A stretch of 64,000 bases of DNA, taken from the NCBI GenBank assembly GCA_963817895.1, contig CAWFQB010000006.1:224001-288000 (forward strand). The letters are read 5' to 3'. Positions 33,367-44,517 of this stretch are shown piece after piece. This DNA is from an uncultured Chthonomonadaceae bacterium (GTDB lineage Bacteria; Armatimonadota; Chthonomonadetes; Chthonomonadales; Chthonomonadaceae). Each line of letters starts with the position of its first letter. Position 1 is the stretch's first letter. The notes under the pieces were generated by a model. It was not told the DNA's origin. It saw only the letters and a program-made list of their open reading frames with translations, and did not search any database. Made by a program: the position numbers and the translations under genes.

Positions 33367-33900
33367 TTAATTGTGGGGTGGGCGCAATGTCTGCGCGTAG
33401 GCCATCAGCGCATCGAAATATGCCTGCGCTTCCGGTGAAAGCGGCTGACGAGCATGGAGTTCTATGCCCGGCGCAAGCGTAATATGGTTCCAGTTCTCTC
33501 CGCGAACATCAGGCGCGGAAGCCTGTGCCGGAGGAACCGCCCTCTGATCAGCGGCAGGCGTTGCCCGCTTTGCTAACAGACGCTGCGTATATTCCGCCGC
33601 AATGTTAGGAGAGGGCAATCGGCTTTGCTCATTGAAACGCGATAACTGCGCGGCGACATCTCCGTCACTGAGCAGAGCAAGCTGCTGTTTGATTTCCGGC
33701 AACGGCGTGAACGCCTTTTTAAGTTGCAAAATCAATTGCAAGCGATCCAGATGAGCCGTTGAAAATTTTCCGCGCTCATCTGGCCGACGCAAAATACCTT
33801 CAGTGATGTAGTAGCGAATGGTGCGTACCGATAGGTCTTCACCAGTGTCATCTTTAATAGTCTGGGCTAGTTCTTCAATCGTAAAGGTTGATGTATTCAA
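33367..33900 (-). CDS. MerR-family HTH regulator
   Basis: FTIEELA..SVRTIRYYITEGIL..HLDRLQLILQLK; probable TTG start at 33900. Confidence 0.8.
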   Translation of the reverse strand: MNTSTFTIEELAQTIKDDTGEDLSVRTIRYYITEGILRRPDERGKFSTAHLDRLQLILQLKKAFTPLPEIKQQLALLSDGDVAAQLSRFNEQSRLPSPNIAAEYTQRLLAKRATPAADQRAVPPAQASAPDVRGENWNHITLAPGIELHARQPLSPEAQAYFDALMAYAQTLRPPHN

Positions 33901-33916
33901 GGGTGCCTCTATTGAT

Positions 33917-33983
33917 TTGCCAGTTGGACTGTAATTACAGTTCAGCTGGCAATATGATACATTAGTATGGATTGGAATGTCAA
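33917..33983 (-). promoter_or_regulatory. promoter of the MerR-VWA operon with a 36-bp palindromic operator
   Basis: Minus strand TTGACA (33983-33978) - 18 nt - TATCAT (33959-33954); palindrome TTGCCAGTTGGACTGTAATTACAGTTCAGCTGGCAA at 33917-33952. Confidence 0.65.
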
Positions 33984-34089
33984 GGGATAAAGAAAAAATT
34001 CGTGGTATATTTTCGCTGTGCATGGAATCTGTTATGACAGATATTCAAAAGCAGGAGTGAAAGCCCTCGCTGATACTTGAAAGAACATT

Positions 34090-34404
34090 ATGTATGCCGA
34101 TGAAAAAATTCTATACAACGGTCAACTGATGAGGCGCGACTATGTTGAGTTTATTGAGGAGGCGCAGCAGCTTACTCACTACAGGCTGGAAGACCGCTTG
34201 TATCCGCGCCTGCCCTATGGTTCGGAAACGTTCCGCTTTCCCGCCGAGGCAGCGCATCAACCCTGCCGTCATTGCGACGTGGTTCAGGGCCAATTGCATG
34301 AGCCGCTTTGTGATTATGAGCAATGCCCGATTTGTAGTGGGCAGGTAATGTCGTGTGATTGCGACCTTTTCACCGAAGATGCGGTACGTCCTGATTCAGT
34401 CTGA
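34090..34404 (+). CDS. small Cys-rich (putative Zn-binding) hypothetical protein
   Basis: CRHC..HEPLCDYEQCPIC..SCDC. Confidence 0.6.
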   Translation: MYADEKILYNGQLMRRDYVEFIEEAQQLTHYRLEDRLYPRLPYGSETFRFPAEAAHQPCRHCDVVQGQLHEPLCDYEQCPICSGQVMSCDCDLFTEDAVRPDSV

Positions 34405-34462
34405 TGCAGCGAACCGTCAGCGGAACGTCAGAACATCACTGTGGGTTTAAGAACAGTGCCAC

Positions 34463-34822
34463 ATGAACAATGCAACGCAGTACCAACTTCGGGCGATGTG
34501 GGCGCGAGTGGCACAGCATTTGCAGGATGCTCTGCCGGAAATCAGCGCGCTTATGGAAGCGGAATTCGCAGCCGTGGGAACGCCGTTTCCAGACAGTAAA
34601 CTGGATCAAAACGGTTTACGGGATGGGGATGAAATCGCGCGGGAGTACATACAGCATAATGAGTTGGGTCTGGCTCTCGAACATCTCTGCTACATGGTTC
34701 GTGAAGCCGGTTTGCCCATTTCGGAGCAGGCTTATGCTTCCCTGAAAGCCGCCGGAACGGAAATGCGGATGGATGCAAGTTTCTGGCAGTCTCTCAACCC
34801 GATTCTTCGGCAGGCAGAATGA
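34463..34822 (+). CDS. MafI-like immunity protein (tentative)
   Basis: EYIQHNELGLALEHLC..E...PIS resembles the MafI-family motif. Confidence 0.5.
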   Translation: MNNATQYQLRAMWARVAQHLQDALPEISALMEAEFAAVGTPFPDSKLDQNGLRDGDEIAREYIQHNELGLALEHLCYMVREAGLPISEQAYASLKAAGTEMRMDASFWQSLNPILRQAE

Positions 34823-34964
34823 GTACGAACCGTTGACGCTTTGCGCGGCGTATAGTATACTGACGACGGGCGCAATGCCGTATTATGCGCCGTCGCCCAA
34901 CGAAGGAGCCGCATGAAGTCTCGACCCAATTCAGGGAACGGGGAAGAGGAAGGGCGTCCACGCA

Positions 34965-37900
34965 GTGGACAGGGAAACAAAATTCCCCAAACCTCACCGC
35001 CCAACACCCGGATACCAATCAACCACCAACCACCGAACCACCAACCACCGTAACCGATGGCTGTCGCTCGGCCTGCTGTTTGGCCTCTTTTTGCTGTACC
35101 ACAACACGCTGCCGCTGTATACCGACTGGCTCTGGTTTCAGGAGGTTGGCTATACCAATGTCTTTACCACAACGGTTATCGCGAAAACGCTGCTGTTTGT
35201 CGTGTCGGGCGGGCTGTTTTTCGCGCTGGTGTTCGGCAATATTGTGGCGGCGCGTCGCCTTGCGCCCGAATATGCCGACCGGATGCTGATGGAGCGGTTC
35301 GGGCCGGAGTGGGGACGCGCGATACAGAAATGGCTTGGCGTGATACTGTGCGGCGTGACCGCGTTTGTCAGTCTTTGGGTCGGGCGCATCATGTCGGAAA
35401 ACTGGTCGCGCTGGCTGGAATTCACGCATGGCGCGGCGTTCAAGATAAGCGACCCGGTTTTCAACAACGACATCGGCTTTTACGTGTTTCGCCTGCCATT
35501 TCTCGCCACTGTTTATTCGTTTCTCATGGGCGCGCTGTTGCTGACGTTCATCGCGGTTGTGGCAATCCACATTGCGGATCGCGCGGTAGAAACGTTTGTC
35601 GGCCTGCCCGACCTGCGCCCCGGCGTTCGCGCCCAACTGCTGATTCTGCTGGCCTGCATTGCCCTTGCGCAGGCGTTCGGAACGCGCCTGAACGCTTATG
35701 ACCTGCTGCTCAACGACAACGGCATTTACACGGGCGCGGGCTACGTAGATGTGCATCAGCGACTGTTCGCTCTGAACGCGCAGATGGCCGCGCTTATCTT
35801 TGCCGCCGTCGCCTGTTTCGCGTCCATTCGCGGGCGCAGTTTCAAACTAATTCTCGCGGGCGCGGGCGCGTGGGCATTCAGCCTGTTTGTATTGGGTGGA
35901 ATCTGGCCCAATGTGGTGCAGAGAACATCCGTCGTCCCCAATCAGTTCAACTATGAGCGCGAGTATATTGCCCGCAACATCCTTTACACGCGGCAGGGAT
36001 TCGGGCTTGCCAATGTGCAGCGCGTGGACAATTTTCCCGCTAACCAGAGTTTAACCGGCGCGCAAATACAGGCCAACCGCGACACGCTCGACAACGTGCG
36101 CCTGTGGGATCATCCCTATCTGGGTAAGGTGTATAGCCAGATTCAGACGATCAAGCAGTATTACAAGTTCGAGACGATTTCCGAGGGCGGGATCGCGCCC
36201 CCAATATTGATATTGACCGCTACGTCATCAACGGGCGAACGCGGCAGGTGATGCTCGCCCCCCGCGAACTCGACAGCGGCGCCCTTCCCGAATCCGCGCA
36301 GACGTGGCAAAACCAGAAACTCGCGTACACGCACGGCTACGGCATCGTCATGTCGCCCGTCAACAAAACCCTGCAAGGCGACCCGGACTACTTCATTGAC
36401 GGCTTCCCGCCCAAAGCCAGCCCGGAAGCTCCCAACCTGACCGTTTCTCAGCCCGAAATCTACTACGGCCAAATCGCTCATGAGCAGGTTTACGTAGACA
36501 CGCAGCAGCCGGAGTTCGATTATCCGTCAAGTCAGGGGATAGGGGACAGGGGACAGGGAACAGGCCAACCAGCCACCACGCAAGACCATTATGCCACCTA
36601 CAAAGGCAAGGGCGGTATCGAAATCGGCGGCTCGTATCTGCGGCGGCTGGCGTTCGCTTCCAAACTTGGCGATTGGAACCTGATGCTGGCGAGCAATCTG
36701 ACGCCGCGCACCCGTATTTTGTACCGGCGCGATATTCGGGATCGGCTGCAAACCGTCGCGCCATTCGTGCAGCAGGACGGCGATCCGTATTTAGTTTTGA
36801 ATCCCGACAACGGCAAACTGATCTGGGTGATAGACTGCTATACGGTTTCCGACCGCTATCCCTATTCCACGACTAATATAATGCCCGTAACGCCCACGCA
36901 GTTCATCGCGACAAACTACATGCGCAACAGCGTGAAAGCGACCATTGACGCTTACGACGGCACGATAAACCTGTACGTCAGCGACCCGAACGATCCCATT
37001 GCGGAAACCTACGGGCGGATTTTCCCCGGCCTGCTCAAGCCGCTTGTCGCGTTGCCTGCCGGACTGCGCGCCCATCTGCGCTACCCGGAAGACCTGTTCC
37101 GCGTCCAGCGTTCTGTCTATGCCACCTACCATGTGGAAGACCCCCATGCGTTTTATTCCAACGAAGACGTGTGGGCGGTTCCCACCGAGCCAAACCCTAC
37201 AGAACCCACAACCCCCGTCTCCGCCAATGCGCCCCCTGCCGGATTGTCGCAAATGGAACCGTATTATGTGATTATGCGCCTGCCCGATGTAGGGAACAGG
37301 GGACAGGGAACAGGGAACAGGGAACAGACGAACCAACCACCAACCACCAACCGCCAACCACCCGAATTCGTCCTCATGTCGCCGCTCTCGCCGGTCAAGA
37401 AAGAGGATCAGAACATACTCGGCTGGATGTGCGCGCGGTGTGACGGCGACAACTACGGGCAACTGGTGCTGTATCGGTTTCCGCAGCAGGTATCGGTGGA
37501 GGGGCCGTCGCAGATCGTGCAGCGCATCAACAGCGACAAGGTGATTTCGCCGCAGTTGGCATTGTTGCGGCAGGGCGGCTCGACCGCTTCTATCGGCAAC
37601 ATGCTGGTGATTCCCATCGAGCAATCGCTGCTCTACATCGCCCCGCTCTACGTCGAATCCAGCACGTCCGCCAACAAACTGCCCAAACTGCAAAAGGTGA
37701 TCGTCGCCTTCGGCAACAGCGTGGCAATGGACGACACGCTGGAAAAGGCATTGGCAACGCTGTTTCAGGGAACAGGGAACAGGGAACAGGGAACAGAAGA
37801 AGTTCCTCCTCCGAACACCGAACACCAAACACCGAATACCCTTCCGCCCGCTGTTCGCGCCCTGATTGATCGGGCGGGGCAGCAGTACGATACGGCGCGG

Positions 37901-37993
37901 CAAAAACTGAAACAGGAAGATTTGGGCGGCTATGCGGAGCAGATGAAGGCTTTGCAGCAGACGCTCGACGAATTGCGTAAGGCAGCAAAATGA
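34965..37993 (+). CDS. UPF0182 family membrane protein; frameshift near 36200; start uncertain
   Basis: YTDWLWFQEVGY, DPVFNNDIGFYVFRLPF, NVRLWD, IDIDRY..RQVMLAPREL, YTHGYG, NYMRNSVKA, HLRYPEDLF. Confidence 0.9.
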
Positions 37994-38057
37994 AGCATCA
38001 ATTTGGTTCCGGTTTGGCGATTGATAAATACCCATCGCTATATGGCATCCGGCCGAG

Positions 38058-40689
38058 GTGTCCTACGGACGCCAATCTTATAATTCATGGAGTTGCGTCC
38101 GAAGGACACTTGGCGGAACGCCAACAGAGACAGGCGTTTTCAACGCGTTGCGCCTGAGTAGAGCATTAATTGTATTCACCATACTATTCTCAGCGGCTCA
38201 GGCACACGCCACCTATCGCGCCGACTTTTTCGATACGAGCAAGCGTCCGACTGTGACATTTGATAAGGGCAAAACAACGTGGACGCTGCGCAATCAGGGC
38301 GTGGAGCGGATTGTCCGTTATGACGCCAAAGCGGGCGCATTGGAAACCATTGCCCTGCGCGATCTGAAAACGCATCATACACTGAAACAGGCGCCGGGGG
38401 GCGAGGGCGAAATTTCTTTTGCCTCTCCCCTGCTGGAAACGCCCCAACGCTTGCCGGCTGGAAAGTTACGGACGCGGAACCCGGCAGCGCGTGGACGCAG
38501 CCGAATTACGATGACAGCAAATGGAAGGCTGTCAGCCCGCCGCCGGTTGCGGGACACGCGAATGATCAGCAAAGGGGGATGCCATACTGGTATCGCGCCG
38601 CCATTCCTGCCGGACAGTCTGAAAGCGGGCCACGCCTACGCGCTGTATCTGCCGTCCGGCTCGATACCGGGCGAGGAAATTTTTGTTGACGGCGTATCCG
38701 CTGATAAAGTACGCCGACAATGGGCGCCGCGGAATGGAAAAGCGGAGCAGATTGACCTTCCGCCCAATGCCCGTCAGATTGCCGTCAAAGTCAACGGAGG
38801 AAGCCTCGCCCCTGCCCGCCTACATCGTGGAAGTGGGAACATCGCCGCCCAACCTGAACCTGTCGGGCAACTGGCAATTGATGCAGCATACCGTCAACGC
38901 GGGCGAAGATAACAGCGAGGTACTGAGTATTCAACTATCGGGCTTGAAGCAGTACGAGGGTTTTGAACTCGCGGTCAGTTACCAGATTTATGCGGGCGAG
39001 GAGCCGACAATCGCCAAGTGGTTCTCATTTGTGCATCATCGCAAGTCCAACTTTCTGCTTGAATCCGCGACAATTGACAAATGGATATTGCCGGAAAGCC
39101 ACTCGGACACGCGGCGCGTTGGAAGTGAGACGGGCGTATTGGCCGATGCGTTTGAGAAGACGGGGGATGTGCTGCTGACAGCCGCATTGGAAGCGGGAAA
39201 CGCTGTAGAAATTAATGGCGGCAGCGTAGCCCCGACCGCTTATTTGTACGCCGCGCTCAGATCGGATATGCCGCAGCGCACTCCCCGCGCCCTGACCGCC
39301 TTCTGGCATGGCAATGCGAGTGTTGCCGCGTTTTTGTACCAACTTTACATGGGGCAGTATGTGGCGCGGGGCAAGCCCGATTCTATTCCCCTCGCCTACA
39401 ATACGCGCTTTACGTATCGTGACCAGATAGATGCCGCAACGTGTGAAAAAATTATTCCGCTTGCCGCCGCTCTGGGAGTGCAGGCGTTTGTATTGGACGA
39501 CGGCTGGCAGACCAATCGCGCGGCAGATACGGGACGTTATGGCGACTGGCTGACCGACAAAATCAAATTTCCAATGGGATTATTGCCGATTTCCACCCTT
39601 GCGCGCGTCAGTAAAATGCGGTTTGGACTGTGGACGGACGTTACAACCGTCAGCCCCGGTTCGCAGGCCGCGCTTCTGCACCCGGAGTGGCTGTTCAAAC
39701 CTCTGCCGGATGCGTCGGAAGACCAGCCTCCCATGTGTTTTACGGGAGCATGGGCGCGACAGTACGCGCAATCGTTTCAATCCCTGTGCCGCGAATTGGG
39801 CATAACCTATCTGAAAGTGAATTTTCAGCCGGAAACGAATTGCATGGCAACGGAGCATGAGCATCCGACCGGGCATAGTTTGGCCGCGCAGGGGGAAGCG
39901 TGGGCCATGTTCAACGAAATTCTGCATGGTGGGGATAAAACGCTTGTGGTAGTGAACGCGGGGAACGGCGCGCGGCAGGCCGTCAGCGCGTACTCCGACA
40001 TAAACGAGGGCCGGCTGGATAAGGAGTGGCTGGAGCCATACCAAATTGGGAACCGAAAGCAGGAAATGGGATTCTGGTACAACCTGTCAGACATTTTGCA
40101 GCCCAAAAATCGGGACGCGGAATCCGGCGACGCGCTGTTTCAGCAGCCGTCTTTTACCCTCTGCGGGCAGGCGTTGTGCCATGTGCCGACAACAGAACCG
40201 ATAACGAGGGATCAACTGGATTATCTATGGTCGAGCGTCGCGGGGCGTTACGCGAATTACGAAGCGCAGGGCGATTTGCAGCAGATGACAACCGAAGAGC
40301 GCGAAGCGGCGCACAGGTGGCTGGAATGGAGCCGCGAAAACCGCGAATGGCTTGCGTTTACGCAACCTCTTGCTGTGGAATCTGCCGCAGGCGGCGACAA
40401 GCGCGGAAACACCGCAACCAGCAATGTTCGAGGCGTTCTGCACCTGCGAAATGCGCTGCAAGGCCGCTATGGATACGTCTGTTTGTGGAACATGGATAAC
40501 GCGGAAACAATAGTAACGCCCGCCTTCGACCCGTCCGACTACTTCGTTCGCGTCAAGTCCGGCATGAGCATCGTCAATATAAAAGACAGCAAGCCGGTTC
40601 CTTACGCGACGCATGGCGGAACCATTTCGCTCGGCAAAATCACTCTTCCCGCGCATGGCTGGGTTATTTATGAGGTCAAGAGTAAGTAG
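38058..40689 (+). CDS. GH36/alpha-galactosidase-like protein; several frameshifts between 38450 and 38820
   Basis: FVLDDGWQ..GDW..KFPMGL..MRFGLW; N-terminal signal and beta-sandwich in ORF 38058-38912. Confidence 0.7.
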
Positions 40690-40704
40690 TAAGAGGGCTA
40701 TTTT

Positions 40705-41658
40705 ATGAAACATCAGGGTACGGCGTTTCGGGAAGAGATGGCGCGTTTTCAGGCCGATGTAAACGGCAAGAAATTCCGCCTCGGCATGGGAACCGCCTAT
40801 ATCGGGCAGGGCGCGGACGCGGCGAAGTTGAAACAGTTTCAGCAGACGCTCGACGATGCGTATGCGGCAGGATTGCGCTATGTGGATACGTCCGCGCAGT
40901 ATGGCGGCTCGGAATATCGGGTTGGCGAATTTCTAAGCCGCATTGATCGCGCGAGCGTGTTTGTCGCCACCAAATCGCCTATTCCGCAGCCATTGACAGG
41001 GCGCGAGGCCGCGTTGCACTTGCGGCAGAGTTTGCGCAACAGTCTGGAACGTTTGGGCGTGGAGCAGATAGACCTGTTCCAAATCCATGATGTGGAAACG
41101 TTGGATCAGGTTTTGGAAGCCGGGTATGTGCTGGACGCGCTGAACGAAGCGCGGGAACAGGGCTTGATACGTTATTTCGGATTGGCGACGCGATTTCATC
41201 ATCTGCTGGAAACTACAGTTCGGCATGGCGGTTTCGATACCATTTTGACGTACACGGATTTTACACCCGTTCAGCAGTCGGCGCGCGAATTGATTGCGCT
41301 TGCCGCGCAGCGTGGATTGGGCGTGATCAACGGTTCGCCGCTCGGCTTCGGCCTGCTGACCGGGCCGGACCCGCGTACAAACCCAAACCTTGGCGTGGAA
41401 CAGAAACGCGGCGCGAACATAGCGGGACGATGCTACGACTTCTGCAAGGAACACCGTCTGCCCCTGCTCGCCCTTGCTATGCAGTACCCGCTTCAAAACC
41501 CGAACATCAACATCACGCTGACGGGCGCGGCCCTGCCCGAAGAACTCCGCGCCACGCTCGAAGCCATCCAATTGGAGTTGCCTGCCGACATCTGGCGGCA
41601 ACTGGAAGCCGAAACCGGCATCGCGCCCCCGGTTGCTGAGGGTACGTTTTCAAGGTAG
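40705..41658 (+). CDS. aldo/keto reductase
   Basis: LGMGTA, YVDTSAQYG, VATK, SLERLGVEQIDLFQIHD. Confidence 0.9.
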   Translation: MKHQGTAFREEMARFQADVNGKKFRLGMGTAYIGQGADAAKLKQFQQTLDDAYAAGLRYVDTSAQYGGSEYRVGEFLSRIDRASVFVATKSPIPQPLTGREAALHLRQSLRNSLERLGVEQIDLFQIHDVETLDQVLEAGYVLDALNEAREQGLIRYFGLATRFHHLLETTVRHGGFDTILTYTDFTPVQQSARELIALAAQRGLGVINGSPLGFGLLTGPDPRTNPNLGVEQKRGANIAGRCYDFCKEHRLPLLALAMQYPLQNPNINITLTGAALPEELRATLEAIQLELPADIWRQLEAETGIAPPVAEGTFSR

Positions 41659-41695
41659 GACGCCCATATTGTTCGGCTTCTGCCGACAACGCAAG

Positions 41696-41815
41696 GCCGG
41701 GTATTGAAAATACCCGGCAGGACAAAACAAGCGTTCTGCGAACGCCCCTTTATATAAAGATTTCCGCGTCCGTAGGACGCTTGCACTTTCCTGCCGGGTA
41801 TTTTCAATACCCGGC
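41696..41815. repeat. REPIN-like doublet of self-palindromic 50-bp units
   Basis: 41696-41745 and 41766-41815 are near reverse complements; core GCCGGGTATTGAAAATACCCGGC. Confidence 0.8.
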
Positions 41816-41856
41816 AACTCGCAGCATATCCATACTGGCATCGAAGGGCTACCAAC

Positions 41857-43625
41857 TTGCGACCTTTGCACAATTCAGTAAAAATACGGTTTGCGGCTGT
41901 CATCGGATTGACTCTTGCTTGCTTTGGCACAGGCTTTGCGCTGTCGGCGGATACGCCGCAGCCGGTTGTTCGGCCTGCGCTGCAAGGCAATCGCGGGCCG
42001 TTCAAAGTGGCGTTTACGCCGGACGGCAGGCGGGCGGTTGTCACCGAGTTCGATGAGGGCGCGATTGCCGTTATAGATTGCGCGACGGGAAAGGTGTTGC
42101 AGCACGTACCCACGCGGGGTGAACAGCCTACAGGCGTGGCGGTCACTCCCGATGGCGGCATAGCGGTTGTCACCAACAGCCTGAGCGGTTCCATCGCGTT
42201 TATCAACCTGAATTCTCTCCAAACCGAAATTCTGCCCATGCGCGGAATGCCGTGGGACGCGGTCATTTCGCCGGACGGCAAAAAGGCGTATGTTTCCGTC
42301 AGCCAACTGGATCAGGTTGTCGTGATTGACCTTGCTTCGCGTAAAGTTGTCGGCACAATGCCGACGGGCAGGCGGCCCCGCGCGCTGGCGATCACCCCGG
42401 ATGGCGCAACGGTTGTCGCCGCCAACATGACCGAAGGTTCCGTCAGTTATCTGGATACCGCAACGCAAACCGAAACAGGGAAGGGGCGAACGCCTGCTGT
42501 GAATTTACGCGGCGTGGCCGTGTTTCCCGATGGGCAGCAGGTGTTCGCGGTCGGACAGCGGGCGCAAAACGAGCGGCCCACGGAAACCGCTATCGGTATC
42601 TGGTCCAATCAGGCGTTTTTGCAGGTTCCCAATGGCCCGCGCAACGGCCTGCAAAACCTGTGGCTGGACTTTATGGGCAAGGATGTGGCCGATCCCGATT
42701 CGGTTGTGCTGGATCGGGAGCAAACACGGGCGTTCATTACGTGCAGCGGCGGGCATAGCGTGAATGTGGTTCCGGTTCGGGGGGATGGCGACACGCAGAC
42801 CATTCAGAACATCGGGGCGTTTCCCAGAGGATTGGCGTTTACGCCGGACGGCAAAGAGTTGTGGGTTGCCAACGCGCTCGGCAACGATCTGGCGGTTGTC
42901 AATCCGCAAACCCTGCAAGTGACGCGGCGTATCAGTTTGGGGCCGACTGCGCGTAAAGACCCCGCGCTGGCAGGCCGCTTTCTGTTTACAACGGCTACCT
43001 TTGTCAAGGGCAAGCAGTTCAGTTGTAACTCGTGTCACCCGGACGGCGGCACGGACGGCATTTCGTGGAAGTTCGTGCATGTCAAGGACGCGCTTGGCAA
43101 GGAAATAGACCGCAACGCCAAAGGCTTGCGCGGGCATATCGCCGCCAATGCGCCGTACCGCTGGAGCGGGCATGAGCCGACGCTTGCCGCATTTATCGCC
43201 GAAGAGATACCCGGACTGATGCAGGGGGAAAAGCCCACGCCTGCCGAAGTTCGCGCGCTTGCCGATTATGTGGGCGCGTTGCCCCTGCCGCCCAATCCCT
43301 ACCGTGAAGCGGACGGCTCTTTCACAACGGCGGCGCTGCGCGGCAAAGAGTTGTTTACGGGCAAAGCGGGCTGCGTGGCGTGTCATGTGGGGCCGAAAGC
43401 GGGCGGGTCGCAAAAGGCATGGATCGGCACAACCCCGGAAGGCATGGAACTCCAAATCCCACGACTGGAGGGCGCTTACGACACCTATCCCTACCTGCAC
43501 GACGGCAAGGCGCAGACGCTGGAAGAGATATTCTCGCTACAGATCCCAAACACCTGCACGGCAAAGCGCATGAACTCTCTTCAGCTGAAATGAAAGACCT
43601 ACTTTCCTACGTAAAACAGTTGTAA
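41857..43625 (+). CDS. YVTN-type beta-propeller fused to a di-heme cytochrome c domain; frameshift near 43540
   Basis: TPDG repeats; CNSCH and CVACH heme motifs; PYLHDG; C-terminus HGKAHELSSAEMKDLLSYVKQL in ORF 43380-43625. Confidence 0.8.
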
Positions 43626-43775
43626 AAGAGTTATAATTAAGTGGAACTCTGGCGCTTTGGCGCGTCTAACGAGTATGGCTTGTTTACGCAAGCCGCCATT
43701 TTCAGCCTGCGCCCTTTTTCATGGGCGCATACGCAACGTCGGCGACAGCCGACAATCGCAAAGGGAGACGACATT

Positions 43776-44306
43776 ATGAAACTGGGACTTTTCATTGCCG
43801 CAGCAAGCACACTGGCCGTGACGGCGTATGCCGCCGTTGAATCGGGCCTGAAACCGGGAACCACGCCGCAGGCGTTTCAGGTGGTGGACGTGACCGGGCC
43901 GAGCAAGGGCAAGCAGCTTTGCTACCGCTGTCAGTACGGCATGGCCCCCGTTCTCGCCGTGTTCGTGAACGGTGACGTTACCAAGTCGGCGGGTTTGGTG
44001 TCCGACGTGCAGAAGATCGTGGACGCTAATAAGAGCAAGGGCCTGCGCAGCTTCGTCGTTTACATGGACGGCCCCGAAGCAAAGGAAGCTATCGAGAAGG
44101 TCGCTTCCGAAAAGAAGACCACCATTCCCCTCGTCCTGCTGCCCAAAGGCACAAAAGAGGACGACATCGCGGCTTATAAGATCAGCCCGACCGCCAAGAA
44201 CACCATCCTGCTGTGGAAGGGTTCATCCGTGAAGAGCAACTTCGTGGACGTGGACACCGCCAAACTGCCGCAGGTGAAAAAGGCCGTAGACGCGATGCTT
44301 CAGTAA
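43776..44306 (+). CDS. secreted thioredoxin/AhpC-fold hypothetical protein
   Basis: Signal peptide, GLKPG..FQVVDVTGP, CYRC; RBS GGGAG. Confidence 0.6.
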   Translation: MKLGLFIAAASTLAVTAYAAVESGLKPGTTPQAFQVVDVTGPSKGKQLCYRCQYGMAPVLAVFVNGDVTKSAGLVSDVQKIVDANKSKGLRSFVVYMDGPEAKEAIEKVASEKKTTIPLVLLPKGTKEDDIAAYKISPTAKNTILLWKGSSVKSNFVDVDTAKLPQVKKAVDAMLQ

Positions 44307-44353
44307 CGCGCAACTGTGTGTGATTCTGGTTTTGGTGTAGTTTGCGGATTGTA

Positions 44354-44389
44354 AAAACCGGCTTATCCCGTAATGGATGAGCCGGTTTT
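44354..44389. terminator. bidirectional intrinsic terminator
   Basis: AAAACCGGCTTATCC..GGATGAGCCGGTTTT. Confidence 0.75.
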
Positions 44390-44517
44390 ATTCTTTAGGA
44401 AATCAACCCCATCTTTTCATAAACATTTTATGTTTGGCGGGGATACTGATAGTAGAAAACGTGAAGACGACTGTTTCACGTTAGCCGAATGATTGAAGGA
44501 TGAAGGAGAGAACGTAG

